A DNA stretch of 64,000 bases, taken from assembly GCA_016931035.1 (NCBI GenBank), contig JAFGFN010000167.1:2124-66123 (forward strand), given 5' to 3'. Source of the DNA: Candidatus Sumerlaeota bacterium. Lineage in GTDB: Bacteria > Sumerlaeota > Sumerlaeia > UBA8349. Of this stretch, positions 1 through 8,442 are shown piece by piece (the stretch's first letter is position 1; each line of letters starts with the position of its first letter). Below the pieces are notes generated by a model, which was given only the letters and a program-made list of their open reading frames with translations, had not been told where the DNA came from and did no database searches. Made by a program: the position numbers and the translations under genes.

Positions 1-617
1 GGCGCGAGCCCCATCACCTTGTACTCGCCCGAGTTGACCTTGAAGCCCAGATAGTACGTGAAGGCCGTGTAGAGAAGCCCGAGCGAATGGGGGAAGCGAA
101 TCTCCTCCAGCAAACGGACCCGGTTGCCTTCGCCGCAGCCGATCGTCGTCGTGCTCCACTCGCCCACGCCATCGATCGTGCAGATGGCGGCTTCTTCGAA
201 CGGCGAGGGGAAGAAAGCGCTGGCGGCGTGGGCCTCGTGGTGCATCGGGAAGACGATCGGCCCGCGATACCTGTTGCGGAGACCCTTGTCGATCTCGCGG
301 GGAAGGCGAATCTTCTCGCGCAGCCAACCCGGCAGCGCGGCCATGAAGGAAACGATGCCCCGCGGGGCGTAGGCCAGATAGGTCTCGATCAGGCGGTCGA
401 ATTTGAGGAGGGGTTTTTCGTAGAAAGCGACGCACGACAGCGCCTCGGGCTCGATGCCGGCCTCGCTCAGGCAATAATCGACGGCGTGGACGGGAAACCC
501 CGAGTCGTGCTTCTTGCGCGAGAAGCGTTCTTCCTGGGCGGCGGCCAAAATCCGCCCGTCGCGAACGAGACACGCCGCGCTGTCGTGATAGAAAGCGGAG
601 ATGCCGAGAATGTCCAT
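1..617 (-). CDS. carbamoyltransferase (NodU/CmcH family), N-terminal part; the gene runs off the left edge
   Basis: My own reverse-strand translation from the ATG (complement of 615-617) reads MDILGISAFYHDSAACLVRDGRILAAAQEERFSRKKHDSGFP...MHHEAHAASAFFPSPF...DGVGEW. This is the typical N-terminus of NodU/CmcH carbamoyltransferases. The ORF track lacks it because it is cut by the window edge. Confidence 0.8.
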   Translation of the reverse strand, partial: MDILGISAFYHDSAACLVRDGRILAAAQEERFSRKKHDSGFPVHAVDYCLSEAGIEPEALSCVAFYEKPLLKFDRLIETYLAYAPRGIVSFMAALPGWLREKIRLPREIDKGLRNRYRGPIVFPMHHEAHAASAFFPSPFEEAAICTIDGVGEWSTTTIGCGEGNRVRLLEEIRFPHSLGLLYTAFTYYLGFKVNSGEYKVMGLA

Positions 618-1006
618 AGTCGAAACCGGCCGGCGGGGGCTTGAGCCTCTTTGCCCGCCGGCCGACAGGACTGAATCTTAGGCCAAACCAGTCACGTGTC
701 GCAAGGCGCAAAAGCGCGGCGCGACTCGCAACGGGCGCGACAACGCCTGTTTCGTTCAAGAAAGCGCGGAAATCGACCGATAAAAACACGATGAGTGCGC
801 CGCAGCGAAACGGCGCAGATCGGCGCGAAACAGCGCAGATCGCCCCGCGGAGGGCGAAGCCGGTTGCGCCGCAGGGCACCGCATGGTAGATTGAGGTCGT
901 TCTCGAACAAGAACGGAGCGACGCCGTCTTCAAGTAGCGATAGGAAAGCGAAGTTGTCCGTCCGGAAATGTCGAACACGCGGCAAAAACGACTCTGAGAT
1001 CGTGTG

Positions 1007-1041
1007 CGCCCCCGCCAAACGGGCGGGGGGCGTTCTGTTTT
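1007..1041 (+). promoter_or_regulatory. terminator-like GC hairpin plus T-run in the leader of the first pectate lyase gene (possible attenuator)
   Basis: The sequence is cgcccccgcc / aaac / ggcggggggcg (about 10 bp stem, one bulge), followed by ttctgtttt. It ends 10 nt before ATG 1051. No plus-strand gene lies upstream that it could terminate. Confidence 0.4.
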
Positions 1042-1050
1042 GAGAAACGC

Positions 1051-2328
1051 ATGTTATTGAAAAGAAAGGGGTTGGATCCCATGTCGAGTAGTCGCGGCGC
1101 ACAAGGCGCAAAGGTCGTTGCGGGGGCGGTTGCCCTCCTGATTGCAGTTCTTGCTTTTCCACTGTCCGCTTCGGCGGATTTCGAGGAGACCCCCATCGGC
1201 TGGGCGTCGGTCGAGGCCACGTATCGCGAGCCGGACAACGCCTCGGGTTCGACCGTCACTCGCACGACCACGACGGGCGGCGAGGGAGGAATCGAGTACG
1301 TCGTCGACGCGAACGCGTCGCCGCCCGCAGGATACAGCACGGTCAAGGCGTATCTCAAAGATCTCATGTTCAGCAGCTACGACGGACACGGCGGGACCTC
1401 TCCCCGAATCATCTATATCATCGGAACGATCGACTTCGGCGGCGGGCAGGAGAAGGTGGCTTCCAACAAGACGATCCTCGGGGTCGGTTCCGACGCGACG
1501 ATTCTAAACGGCGGCTTTCTCATAGACAACGACGAGGGCACCCGCCCCATGTGCAACATCATCGTCCGAAATCTGACCTTCACCTCCGATGCCCCCCTCG
1601 TCGTCAATCCCAGCAGCACCGGTCCCGACGATTTCATTACGATCGTGGACAGGGCGCATCATGTCTGGATAGACCACTGCGACTTTTCAAACGGATACGA
1701 TGGCCTGTTGGATATCACTCACGGCTGCGACGAGATCACGGTGTCATGGAGCCATTTCTACGACCATATCAGCAGAAAGGACGGGGCCGGCAAGACCTGT
1801 CTTCTCGGCCACGACGACACCAACGGAAGCGAGGACATCGGCCACCTGACCGTGACCTATCACCACAATTGGTTCGACGGCACGGCGTCGCGCCATCCGC
1901 GCGTTCGCTTCTCGCGTCTCTGCCACGCCTTCAACAACTACTACCTGAGCAACAGCTACGGCGTCGCTTCCACGTGCAACGCCGAGGTTCTGGTGGAAGG
2001 AAACTACTTCCAGAGCGTCGGTTCTCCCACCCTGGTGGGGTATGGCGCCTCGCCGGACGGAGACCTGGTCCAACGCCTCAACGCGCAAAGCGGCTCCGGT
2101 TCATACGAGACGCGCGGCACCGTTCCAGAACCCAGTTTGTACTACTCCTACACGCTCGATACCGCCGCCGACGTTCCGACGATCGTCTCCGCCGGCGCGG
2201 GGGTGGGAAAGCTCTCGATCACGGCCCCCGAGACGCCAACCCCGACCCCCACGGAGACCCCAACGCCAACGGCGACGCCCCCTCTGCCTCCCGCGGGCGT
2301 CTCGGACGGACAGTGGATGCTCTACTGA
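1051..2328 (+). CDS. secreted pectate lyase (PL1 family) with a C-terminal Pro/Thr linker and short tail
   Basis: The ORF track protein contains HHVWIDHCDFSNGYDGLLDITHG, TVTYHHNWFDGTASRHPRVRFSRLCHAFNNYY (PelC-type catalytic Arg motif). It has the signal peptide AKVVAGAVALLIAVLAFPLSASA and a TPTPTPTETPTPTATPP linker. An alternative start at ATG 1081 has a better RBS (aaagggg). Confidence 0.9.
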   Translation: MLLKRKGLDPMSSSRGAQGAKVVAGAVALLIAVLAFPLSASADFEETPIGWASVEATYREPDNASGSTVTRTTTTGGEGGIEYVVDANASPPAGYSTVKAYLKDLMFSSYDGHGGTSPRIIYIIGTIDFGGGQEKVASNKTILGVGSDATILNGGFLIDNDEGTRPMCNIIVRNLTFTSDAPLVVNPSSTGPDDFITIVDRAHHVWIDHCDFSNGYDGLLDITHGCDEITVSWSHFYDHISRKDGAGKTCLLGHDDTNGSEDIGHLTVTYHHNWFDGTASRHPRVRFSRLCHAFNNYYLSNSYGVASTCNAEVLVEGNYFQSVGSPTLVGYGASPDGDLVQRLNAQSGSGSYETRGTVPEPSLYYSYTLDTAADVPTIVSAGAGVGKLSITAPETPTPTPTETPTPTATPPLPPAGVSDGQWMLY

Positions 2329-2360
2329 TCGCGGTCTGGACTTTCCCAAGACGTCCTCTC

Positions 2361-2394
2361 GACGCCGCGCCTCGTTCCGAGACGCGGCGTCTTT
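2361..2394 (+). terminator. hairpin plus short T-run downstream of pectate lyase 1
   Basis: gacgccgcg (2361-2369) pairs with cgcggcgtc (2383-2391) and is followed by ttt. It lies 33 nt after the stop codon. Confidence 0.4.
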
Positions 2395-2411
2395 CGTATC
2401 GCCCGTTCGCC

Positions 2412-2447
2412 CGTCTTCGACATCGTCTTCGAAATCGTCTTCGAAAT
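2412..2447. repeat. three tandem 12-nt units cgtcttcgaNat
   Basis: Direct reading gives cgtcttcgacat cgtcttcgaaat cgtcttcgaaat, in the spacer between the two pectate lyase genes. Confidence 0.8.
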
Positions 2448-2498
2448 CGCTATCGGGTTCGGTATCGAAAGGGTGTCCTTGTCGAAGGAATCGATTGG

Positions 2499-2574
2499 CC
2501 AACTGAAGTTGGAACAACGAGCGAAGAGACGAAATCGGTCGAGCCCCTCCGTTTGTTGTTCCAACTTCAGTTGG
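2499..2574. repeat. perfect 20-bp inverted repeat separated by 36 nt; each arm also contains its own 6-bp palindrome
   Basis: ccaactgaagttggaacaac (2499-2518) is the reverse complement of gttgttccaacttcagttgg (2555-2574). The inner motif ccaact-ga-agttgg is self-complementary. Confidence 0.85.
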
Positions 2575-2852
2575 TCAGAGTCGACAACACCCCAAGAGAT
2601 ATCCGAGGGGCGGTCTTCTCCCTTTCCGCGGCGTCTTCGGCTCCAATCCCTAGAGTTTCCAGAGTGGCCACGGAAAACACGCGGTCGCAGCAGGGCGCTC
2701 GGCGCTAGGTCAAGATGCTCCCTCGCGGATCCGCGATCCGGACATTGGACTCGACCCTTTTGCGATTCTGGGGTAGGTTGGAGTCGAATCTCTCTGTTCC
2801 CGAGGCCGTTTCGAGGCGGCCTTTCCCCCATCATTCAGAAGGAGTGTGTTTC

Positions 2853-3854
2853 ATGAAGTCCCGTCTTTCCCCGCCCAATCGTCTCGCCGTTCTGACGGCG
2901 GCTTTGATCGTTCTCGCTTCGTTTTCCAGTTCGTGCGTCCGGCTTCAGACCCCAGTCGCCGCGACCCTGTCCGACGTCCCGGTCGGTTGGGCTTCGGTCG
3001 ACGCCCTGGGACAGAACGGAACCACCGGCGGCGCGGGCGGACCCGTTGTCACCGCCAAAACGGCGGACGAACTCAAGGACTACATGTCGCGCACCGGCCC
3101 CTACGTCATTCTGGTTTCGGGCACGATCTCGACGGCGCAGCATTCCGTCAAGTCCGACAAGACCATCGTCGGCGTCGGTCCGAACCCGACAATCATCGGC
3201 GGCTTCCGGATTCAGCGCGAACACAACGTCGTCATCCGCAACCTGATCGTCACCCGGAGCAGCTACGACGGCGTCACGATCGAGTACGGCGCGCACCACG
3301 TGTGGGTGGATCATTGCGACTTCTCGGAATGCCCCGATGGCCTGCTCGACATGACTCACGCCTCCGACTATGTCACCGTGTCGTGGAACCGTTTCCGCAA
3401 CCACAACAAGACCTGCCTTCTCGGCCAGGCCGACGACAACGCCCGCGAGGACGTCGGCCATTTGACCGCGACGTACCATCACAACTGGTTCGACGGCACC
3501 ACGCAACGCCATCCGCGCGTCCGCTTCTCGCGTCTGTGTCACGTGTTCAACAACTACTACGTGGGGAACCGCTACGGCGTGGCCTCGACGTGCGACGCCA
3601 AGGTCCTGGTCGAAGGGTGTTACTTCAAGAACGTCCCGGGGCCCACCCACGTCGGCGAAGGCCGGTCGCCCGACGGAGACCTCGTCGCGCGCGACAACGT
3701 CTACAAGAATTCGGGTGAGCCCGAGACCCGCGGGTCCGTCCCCGAGCCGAGCGCGTTCTACGCCTACACGCTCGATCCGGCGGCCCGCGTTCCCGAGATC
3801 GTCAAGGCAGGCGCCGGAGTCGGGAAGATCCGTTTCGAGGTCGATTCACAATAA
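2853..3854 (+). CDS. pectate lyase (PL1 family), predicted lipoprotein; paralogue of 1051..2328
   Basis: The in-frame ATG at 2853 is preceded by the RBS gaaggag. The N-terminus is MKSRLSPPNRLAVLTAALIVLASFSSSC (lipobox-like). Motifs include HHVWVDHCDFSECPDGLLDMTH and TATYHHNWFDGTTQRHPRVRFSRLCHVFNNYY. The ORF track start at 2715 is an upstream extension. Confidence 0.9.
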   Translation: MKSRLSPPNRLAVLTAALIVLASFSSSCVRLQTPVAATLSDVPVGWASVDALGQNGTTGGAGGPVVTAKTADELKDYMSRTGPYVILVSGTISTAQHSVKSDKTIVGVGPNPTIIGGFRIQREHNVVIRNLIVTRSSYDGVTIEYGAHHVWVDHCDFSECPDGLLDMTHASDYVTVSWNRFRNHNKTCLLGQADDNAREDVGHLTATYHHNWFDGTTQRHPRVRFSRLCHVFNNYYVGNRYGVASTCDAKVLVEGCYFKNVPGPTHVGEGRSPDGDLVARDNVYKNSGEPETRGSVPEPSAFYAYTLDPAARVPEIVKAGAGVGKIRFEVDSQ

Positions 3855-3881
3855 CGCCGGCTCCACGATCTACGAGGCGGA

Positions 3882-4925
3882 TCAGTCTCCGAGGACGAGT
3901 CGGAGCCGCGCCGTGCCCATGGGGAAGAAACGTCCGGCGACGCGCGCCGTGTAGAAGACCCGGTAGACGTCGCCGCCCTCCGGCAAGAGACACAGCGGCG
4001 TGCGCATCGCCGTCCACCACTTCTCGACCTTCGATTCGAGATCGACGTACACCGCCGGGGTCCAGTGCACGCCGTCCTCGCTCGTGGTGTAGGCGAAATG
4101 CCCCGGCACGCCCAAGTATGCCGGGCCGCCGTCGAAAACCGCCACGTAACGGCCGTCGGGAATCTGGGTGACGATCGGATTCTCGACGAACTTGGGGTGG
4201 ATGCAGGTGCAAGGGTTGATGTCGAGTCCGCAACGGGTCCAAGGTCCGGCGAGGCGCGGCGCCCAAGCCAATCCCGACGGCCATATCTCCGGCTTTCCGC
4301 CTTGATAAGCCGTGCAGTAGAAGCCGTACCACTTGTCTCCGACCGCGTAGGGGAAGAACGCCGCCACGCCCTGGTGTCCCTCCCAGGGCTGCGACTCGGG
4401 ACCCGGCTCGAGAATCACGCCGACATCTTCGTAGGGGCCGCCGTATCCGCCCGGTCCCGGGACCGTAGAGACCGCGCGCCAGATGCGGCCGTGAAGATGA
4501 TTCGGCTCGATCGCTTTCACCCACGTATAGGCGACGTAGAAGAGACTCCAGCGATCCTCGTCCGGATCGAACTCGGGCATCGGGGCGAAAAGAACGCCGC
4601 GCCGGTCGGCGTCGGGCCCGTTGCCGTCGCCGCTCGATTCGCGCGCCGTGGATTCGAACAGCGTCGAGACCCGTTCCCACGCGAGGCCGTCGCAACTGCG
4701 CCAGTGGGCGAGACGCGTCCGGATGCGGTCGAAGTACTTCTCCACCCCTTCGCGTCCGGCGCGCTCGGTGGCGAAGTAGTGATACATCCCGTCGAGGTGC
4801 ATCACGCGCCCTCCCTCGAAACCGCCGAGGATATCCTCGGCGCCGGGTGTGTTCTGATCGAGGACGGGGGTGGGATGACCGTCGATCACCTCGAAGGAGA
4901 TGGCGGGAAATCGTTTGGCGGGCAT
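3882..4925 (-). CDS. hypothetical protein, probably a beta-propeller glycoside-hydrolase-like fold (GH43/GH32-like, uncertain)
   Basis: This is the C-terminal 347 aa of ORF 3882..5918, starting at MPAKRFPAISFEVIDGHPTPVLDQ. It has ordinary amino-acid composition with W/Y/G-rich strands (DRWSLFYVAYTW, DKWYGFYCTAY, GRYVAVFDGG). The upstream 330 aa of the ORF are RG-rich junk that overlaps the GT2 gene in another frame. Confidence 0.6.
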   Translation of the reverse strand: MPAKRFPAISFEVIDGHPTPVLDQNTPGAEDILGGFEGGRVMHLDGMYHYFATERAGREGVEKYFDRIRTRLAHWRSCDGLAWERVSTLFESTARESSGDGNGPDADRRGVLFAPMPEFDPDEDRWSLFYVAYTWVKAIEPNHLHGRIWRAVSTVPGPGGYGGPYEDVGVILEPGPESQPWEGHQGVAAFFPYAVGDKWYGFYCTAYQGGKPEIWPSGLAWAPRLAGPWTRCGLDINPCTCIHPKFVENPIVTQIPDGRYVAVFDGGPAYLGVPGHFAYTTSEDGVHWTPAVYVDLESKVEKWWTAMRTPLCLLPEGGDVYRVFYTARVAGRFFPMGTARLRLVLGD

Positions 4926-4927
4926 TC

Positions 4928-5818
4928 CTAGGAAAGAAACCTCCTCTTGAGATTCACGATCAGACGAACGATGCACGCGGGAAGCGCGGCAATCGCCGCC
5001 GGGCGATACAGATCCGTCTGAAAGGGCCGGCGCAGGAGAGAGCCGAGAAGAAGCGACCGCGCCGCTTCGAGATCGTCGCGCGCGAACGCCTTGAGTCCGT
5101 CGGCGCGAAGCACCCGCCACGCGGGAAAATACCTTCGCCGCACCTCGTCGATCTTCTGCTTGACGCGGCCGCGCCCGTGGACCGAGGTAAGCGTCGTCGC
5201 GTGATGGCGATAGAGATAGAGGTCGCGGTCGACCCGCCGCATCCGGAACCGGCGCGCGACGCGCACCCAGTATTCGTAGTCCTCGGCCAGGGTCGCCGCG
5301 GGATCGTAGGGGCCGATCGCCTCCAGCACCTCGCGCGTATAGAGAAAGCACGGGCCGATGCAGTTGTCGAGCACGAGGTTCTCGGGCGGCTCGGGAACGA
5401 TCGCGCCCATCTCGCGTCCGTCGTCGTCGATCGCCGTCGCGCGCGCATAGACGAAGTCGGCCCCGCCCGCCGCGAGCGCCTCGGCCAGGACTTCGAGCGC
5501 TTCGGGGCGATACCGGTTGTCGTCCGACGTCCAGGTGAGCAGATCCCCCTGGGCGATCATGAATCCCGCGTTGAGCGCGCGGGGCAGCCCCAGGTTCGCC
5601 TTCTGGCGTTCGATCCGGACGCGCGGATCGGTTTGACTCGACAGGATTCGGAGCGTCTCGGGATCGGTCGAGGCGTCGTCGACGAGGATCAGCTCGAAGT
5701 GGCGCCAGGTTTGGGCCAGACACGAGTCGATCGCCTCCTGCAGAAACCGGACGCCGTTGAAGGTCGGCAAGACGATCGAGATCAGGGGTTGGGCGGGGAC
5801 CGTCGGTTCGGTGGACAC
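4928..5818 (-). CDS. family 2 glycosyltransferase
   Basis: ISIVLPTFNGVRFLQEAIDSCLAQTWRHFELILVDDASTD...TWTSDDNRY is a GT-A fold with DxD-type motifs. Its stop lies 2 nt from the start of the next gene, suggesting an operon. Confidence 0.9.
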   Translation of the reverse strand: MSTEPTVPAQPLISIVLPTFNGVRFLQEAIDSCLAQTWRHFELILVDDASTDPETLRILSSQTDPRVRIERQKANLGLPRALNAGFMIAQGDLLTWTSDDNRYRPEALEVLAEALAAGGADFVYARATAIDDDGREMGAIVPEPPENLVLDNCIGPCFLYTREVLEAIGPYDPAATLAEDYEYWVRVARRFRMRRVDRDLYLYRHHATTLTSVHGRGRVKQKIDEVRRRYFPAWRVLRADGLKAFARDDLEAARSLLLGSLLRRPFQTDLYRPAAIAALPACIVRLIVNLKRRFLS

Positions 5819-5945
5819 GGGCGAAGGCGGGATCCTTTATCCGGTTTTGAGGGATTATAGCGCTTCCTGAGCGGTTTGAAAGAGCAAATCCGCGCCTGGA
5901 GCGGATCGCGACTCCCACGCTCTGCGCCGCGAAGCTCCTTTCCCG

Positions 5946-6629
5946 TCAACCTCCGTCGCGCAACTGCTTCACCAGATAGTCGGGCATCTGGTCGAGGAGA
6001 TCGGTCGCGACTTGGGCCGCCGACTCGAAGTCGCGGACGTTGAACCGCGCCCCGCGGTAGGCGATCACGTGCGAACCATGCATTTGAATCGTGAACCGCG
6101 GCATGTCGAGAAGCATCTGCATCGCGCGCGGATGGATCACGTCGAACGCCCATCGGCGATCCTCGGCCTTGACGTAGAACTTGCGGCTGAACTCGGCGGA
6201 CTCGAAGTCGATGTCGTCCAACCCGAAGAACTCCGTGATCTTGTCGAAAAACCCTTCGGGACGGATGAAAAGCGGCTTGAGCGGGATCTCGCACCCGATG
6301 ACGACCGCCGAGAAGTGGTGATGGTGGGTCTGGCGACGGCCTTTCGAATCGGTCGAGTGGGTCTCGTAATGAAAGTCGAACCCGAGAAACGAACGCCCTT
6401 TCCAGTCGCCCGACATGACGTTTTCGGCATAGCGGTTCGATCCCTGTCTCAAGCACTTGAACTCGGGGAAACGGTTCTCGACCCCACGGTCCTTGGCGCG
6501 ATCGAACCGCAGGTTCTTCGACATCGCCCAGCCCATGAGTTCTTTTCGCCGTTTGCCCGCCTGAAGGATGCCGAGGACGATGACGACGACGATGAAGGCG
6601 ACGAAGCCGACGAAGGCCAGGATTTCCAT
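5946..6629 (-). CDS. N-terminally membrane-anchored hypothetical protein (possibly DUF3137-like)
   Basis: It has one N-terminal TM helix (MEILAFVGFVAFIVVVIVLGIL) followed by a soluble domain of ordinary composition. I recognised no catalytic motif. Confidence 0.65.
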   Translation of the reverse strand: MEILAFVGFVAFIVVVIVLGILQAGKRRKELMGWAMSKNLRFDRAKDRGVENRFPEFKCLRQGSNRYAENVMSGDWKGRSFLGFDFHYETHSTDSKGRRQTHHHHFSAVVIGCEIPLKPLFIRPEGFFDKITEFFGLDDIDFESAEFSRKFYVKAEDRRWAFDVIHPRAMQMLLDMPRFTIQMHGSHVIAYRGARFNVRDFESAAQVATDLLDQMPDYLVKQLRDGG

Positions 6630-6662
6630 GCCCGAGATATCCCTTTCCCCCGCAATCCCGAA

Positions 6663-6714
6663 GCAGGCTGAAGCCTGTACTCAGAACTCGTTCAGAGTAC
6701 AGGCTTCAGCCTGC
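6663..6714. repeat. REP-A palindromic element (20-bp perfect stem, 12-nt loop)
   Basis: gcaggctgaagcctgtactc (6663-6682) pairs with gagtacaggcttcagcctgc (6695-6714). The same core occurs at 13550-13650 and 55916-55994. It sits just downstream of the stop of the minus-strand gene 6722..7495, so it may act as its terminator. Confidence 0.85.
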
Positions 6715-6721
6715 CTCCGCG

Positions 6722-7495
6722 TCACCTGCGAGCCAAGCCGAACAGAAACGTCCCCGCGACGGCGCTCACCGGGACGACGAAGACGTTCAGGAACGGAATC
6801 ATCAGAAGCAAGACGGTCGCCAAGCCGAAACCGAGGGTCAGCATGTAGTTCTCGCGGAGAATCTCCCACTTGCCCCCAAAACCGACGTGGCGCCGGTCCG
6901 CGGCGTAGCTGATGAATTCGAGCGCGCCGCACCGCGCCGCCCAGTAGAAGCCGGCCGCCGCGTAGAGCGGAGGCACGACGAGAAGCGGCAACAGCAGAAT
7001 GAACACCGCGATGCAAACCGCCATCCGCACGCACTCGCTCGCGAGAACGAAGACGACTTCGCTCGCGATGAACCGCAAGACCGATCGGCCGTCGCCGGGC
7101 ATCGCGAAACCGGCGATGCGTTCGACCCGCTCGGCGAGCCGGTCGTTGAACGGCGCGGAAACGACGAGGGCGAGCGGGGTGAAGACGAAATAAACCACGA
7201 TGAGGGCGACGATCCAGAAGAGGGTTTTCAGGATCCAAACCAGCCATCCCAGGTACCACGCCGCGAGCTGCTCGGTCCATCCCTCGACCATTCCGCGAAA
7301 CCCCGTAAATCCCCAGTACAGGAGGACCGCGAACAACAAGATGTTGACGACTAGCGGAAGGAAGACCAGATGCCACAAGCCCGGCCGGGCCAAGAGGAAT
7401 CCCGCCGCCCGAAACGGCAACTCGGCACCCTGGAAGAATCGCGCCACGCTATTGCGGGCGAGGCGGGGAAGAGGAAAACCGTTCTCGGAGGCCAT
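6722..7495 (-). CDS. CysZ/EI24-family integral membrane protein
   Basis: It is a polytopic membrane protein with the layout typical of CysZ-like (EI24 domain) proteins, e.g. FRAAGFLLARPGLWHLVFLPLVVNILLF...PFNDRLAERVE... Confidence 0.7.
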   Translation of the reverse strand: MASENGFPLPRLARNSVARFFQGAELPFRAAGFLLARPGLWHLVFLPLVVNILLFAVLLYWGFTGFRGMVEGWTEQLAAWYLGWLVWILKTLFWIVALIVVYFVFTPLALVVSAPFNDRLAERVERIAGFAMPGDGRSVLRFIASEVVFVLASECVRMAVCIAVFILLLPLLVVPPLYAAAGFYWAARCGALEFISYAADRRHVGFGGKWEILRENYMLTLGFGLATVLLLMIPFLNVFVVPVSAVAGTFLFGLARR

Positions 7496-7574
7496 CCTTC
7501 GTCTCCTTAATAATTGCTTGTCCCGACACTTGGTCCGATTTTAGGTTGCGAGCGCCCGAAATCAAGGATAGAAA

Positions 7575-7610
7575 GCGATTGCGGATATCGGATTGCGGAT
7601 TTCGGATTGA
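7575..7610. repeat. short tandem array of cggattgcggat-type units
   Basis: Direct reading gives gcgattgcggat atcggattgcggat ttcggattga. Confidence 0.7.
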
Positions 7611-7630
7611 AGAAAAACAACTTGTGTAGA

Positions 7631-7777
7631 GTCCCAGAAGTTCTCTGCAAGACTCCCAGCCCGCGCAGCGGGCGACATGGGGTTAGCCACGGGCGTAAGC
7701 CCGTGGAAAACGGCGCCCTTTCTCACAAGAGCCCCCGCAAGGGGGCGGCATAGAATTCTGCGACCTTCTTCTGGGAC
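7631..7777. repeat. composite palindromic element: a 10-bp outer stem enclosing three GC hairpins
   Basis: Outer stem: gtcccagaag (7631-7640) pairs with cttctgggac (7768-7777). Inner hairpins: gcccgc-gca-gcgggc (7659-7673), ccacgggc-gtaa-gcccgtgg (7687-7706) and gccccc-gcaa-gggggc (7731-7746). The middle hairpin has the REP-B core. Confidence 0.6.
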
Positions 7778-7807
7778 CGCACACTTGGAATCGGTGGGCA
7801 CGGCGAA

Positions 7808-8434
7808 ATGGCAAAACGTCTCGACAGAGGACGCTTGATCGTTGTCGAAGGAATCGACGGATCGGGGAAGACGACCCAGTGCCGGCGCGTCGTCGCGAGG
7901 CTCGTCGCCGACGGCTGGGACGTCCTTCGTCTGCGTGAGCCGACCGACGGCCCCCATGGGACGCGCATTCGCGAGCTCGCCCGCTCGGGGCGCGACGGCG
8001 TCTCGGTCGAAGAAGAGATGGACCTTTTTGTCCGCGATCGCGAAGAGAACGTCCGCGCGAACATCCGTCCCGCCCTCGATCGCGGCGCCGTAGTCGTCAT
8101 GGATCGCTATTACTACAGCACGATCGCCTATCAAGGCGCGCGCGGCCTCGATCCCGCGAGGGTTCGGGTCGAAAACGAACGTTTCGCGCCCGCGGCGGAC
8201 CTTCTCGTCATTCTCGATCTGCCGGTCGAAACCGCGTGCCGCCGGATCGAAGCGTCGCGCAGTGGGGAGCTCGATCTGTTCGAGCGGCGCGACTATCTCG
8301 AGAAGGTCAAAGCGATCTTCGACGCGATGCCCGATCCGCAAATCGTCCGGATCGACGCGACGCAGGAACCCGATGCCGTGTTCGCGGCGATCTGGGAGGC
8401 GGTCGAGACGAGGCTCGGATTGGGTGAGAGGTGA
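7808..8434 (+). CDS. tmk: thymidylate kinase
   Basis: LIVVEGIDGSGKTTQ is the P-loop, with LREPTDGPHG and the DRYYYSTIAYQGA signature of dTMP kinases. Confidence 0.9.
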   Translation: MAKRLDRGRLIVVEGIDGSGKTTQCRRVVARLVADGWDVLRLREPTDGPHGTRIRELARSGRDGVSVEEEMDLFVRDREENVRANIRPALDRGAVVVMDRYYYSTIAYQGARGLDPARVRVENERFAPAADLLVILDLPVETACRRIEASRSGELDLFERRDYLEKVKAIFDAMPDPQIVRIDATQEPDAVFAAIWEAVETRLGLGER

Positions 8435-8442
8435 AGAAGAGA

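Noticed and set aside
4926-5918. N-terminal 330 aa of ORF 3882..5918, which would give a 678-aa protein
   Set aside because: This part overlaps the GT2 gene (4928..5818) in another frame and is RG/RS-rich junk. A clean protein begins at the internal Met (MPAKRFP) at 4925, 2 nt after the GT2 stop.
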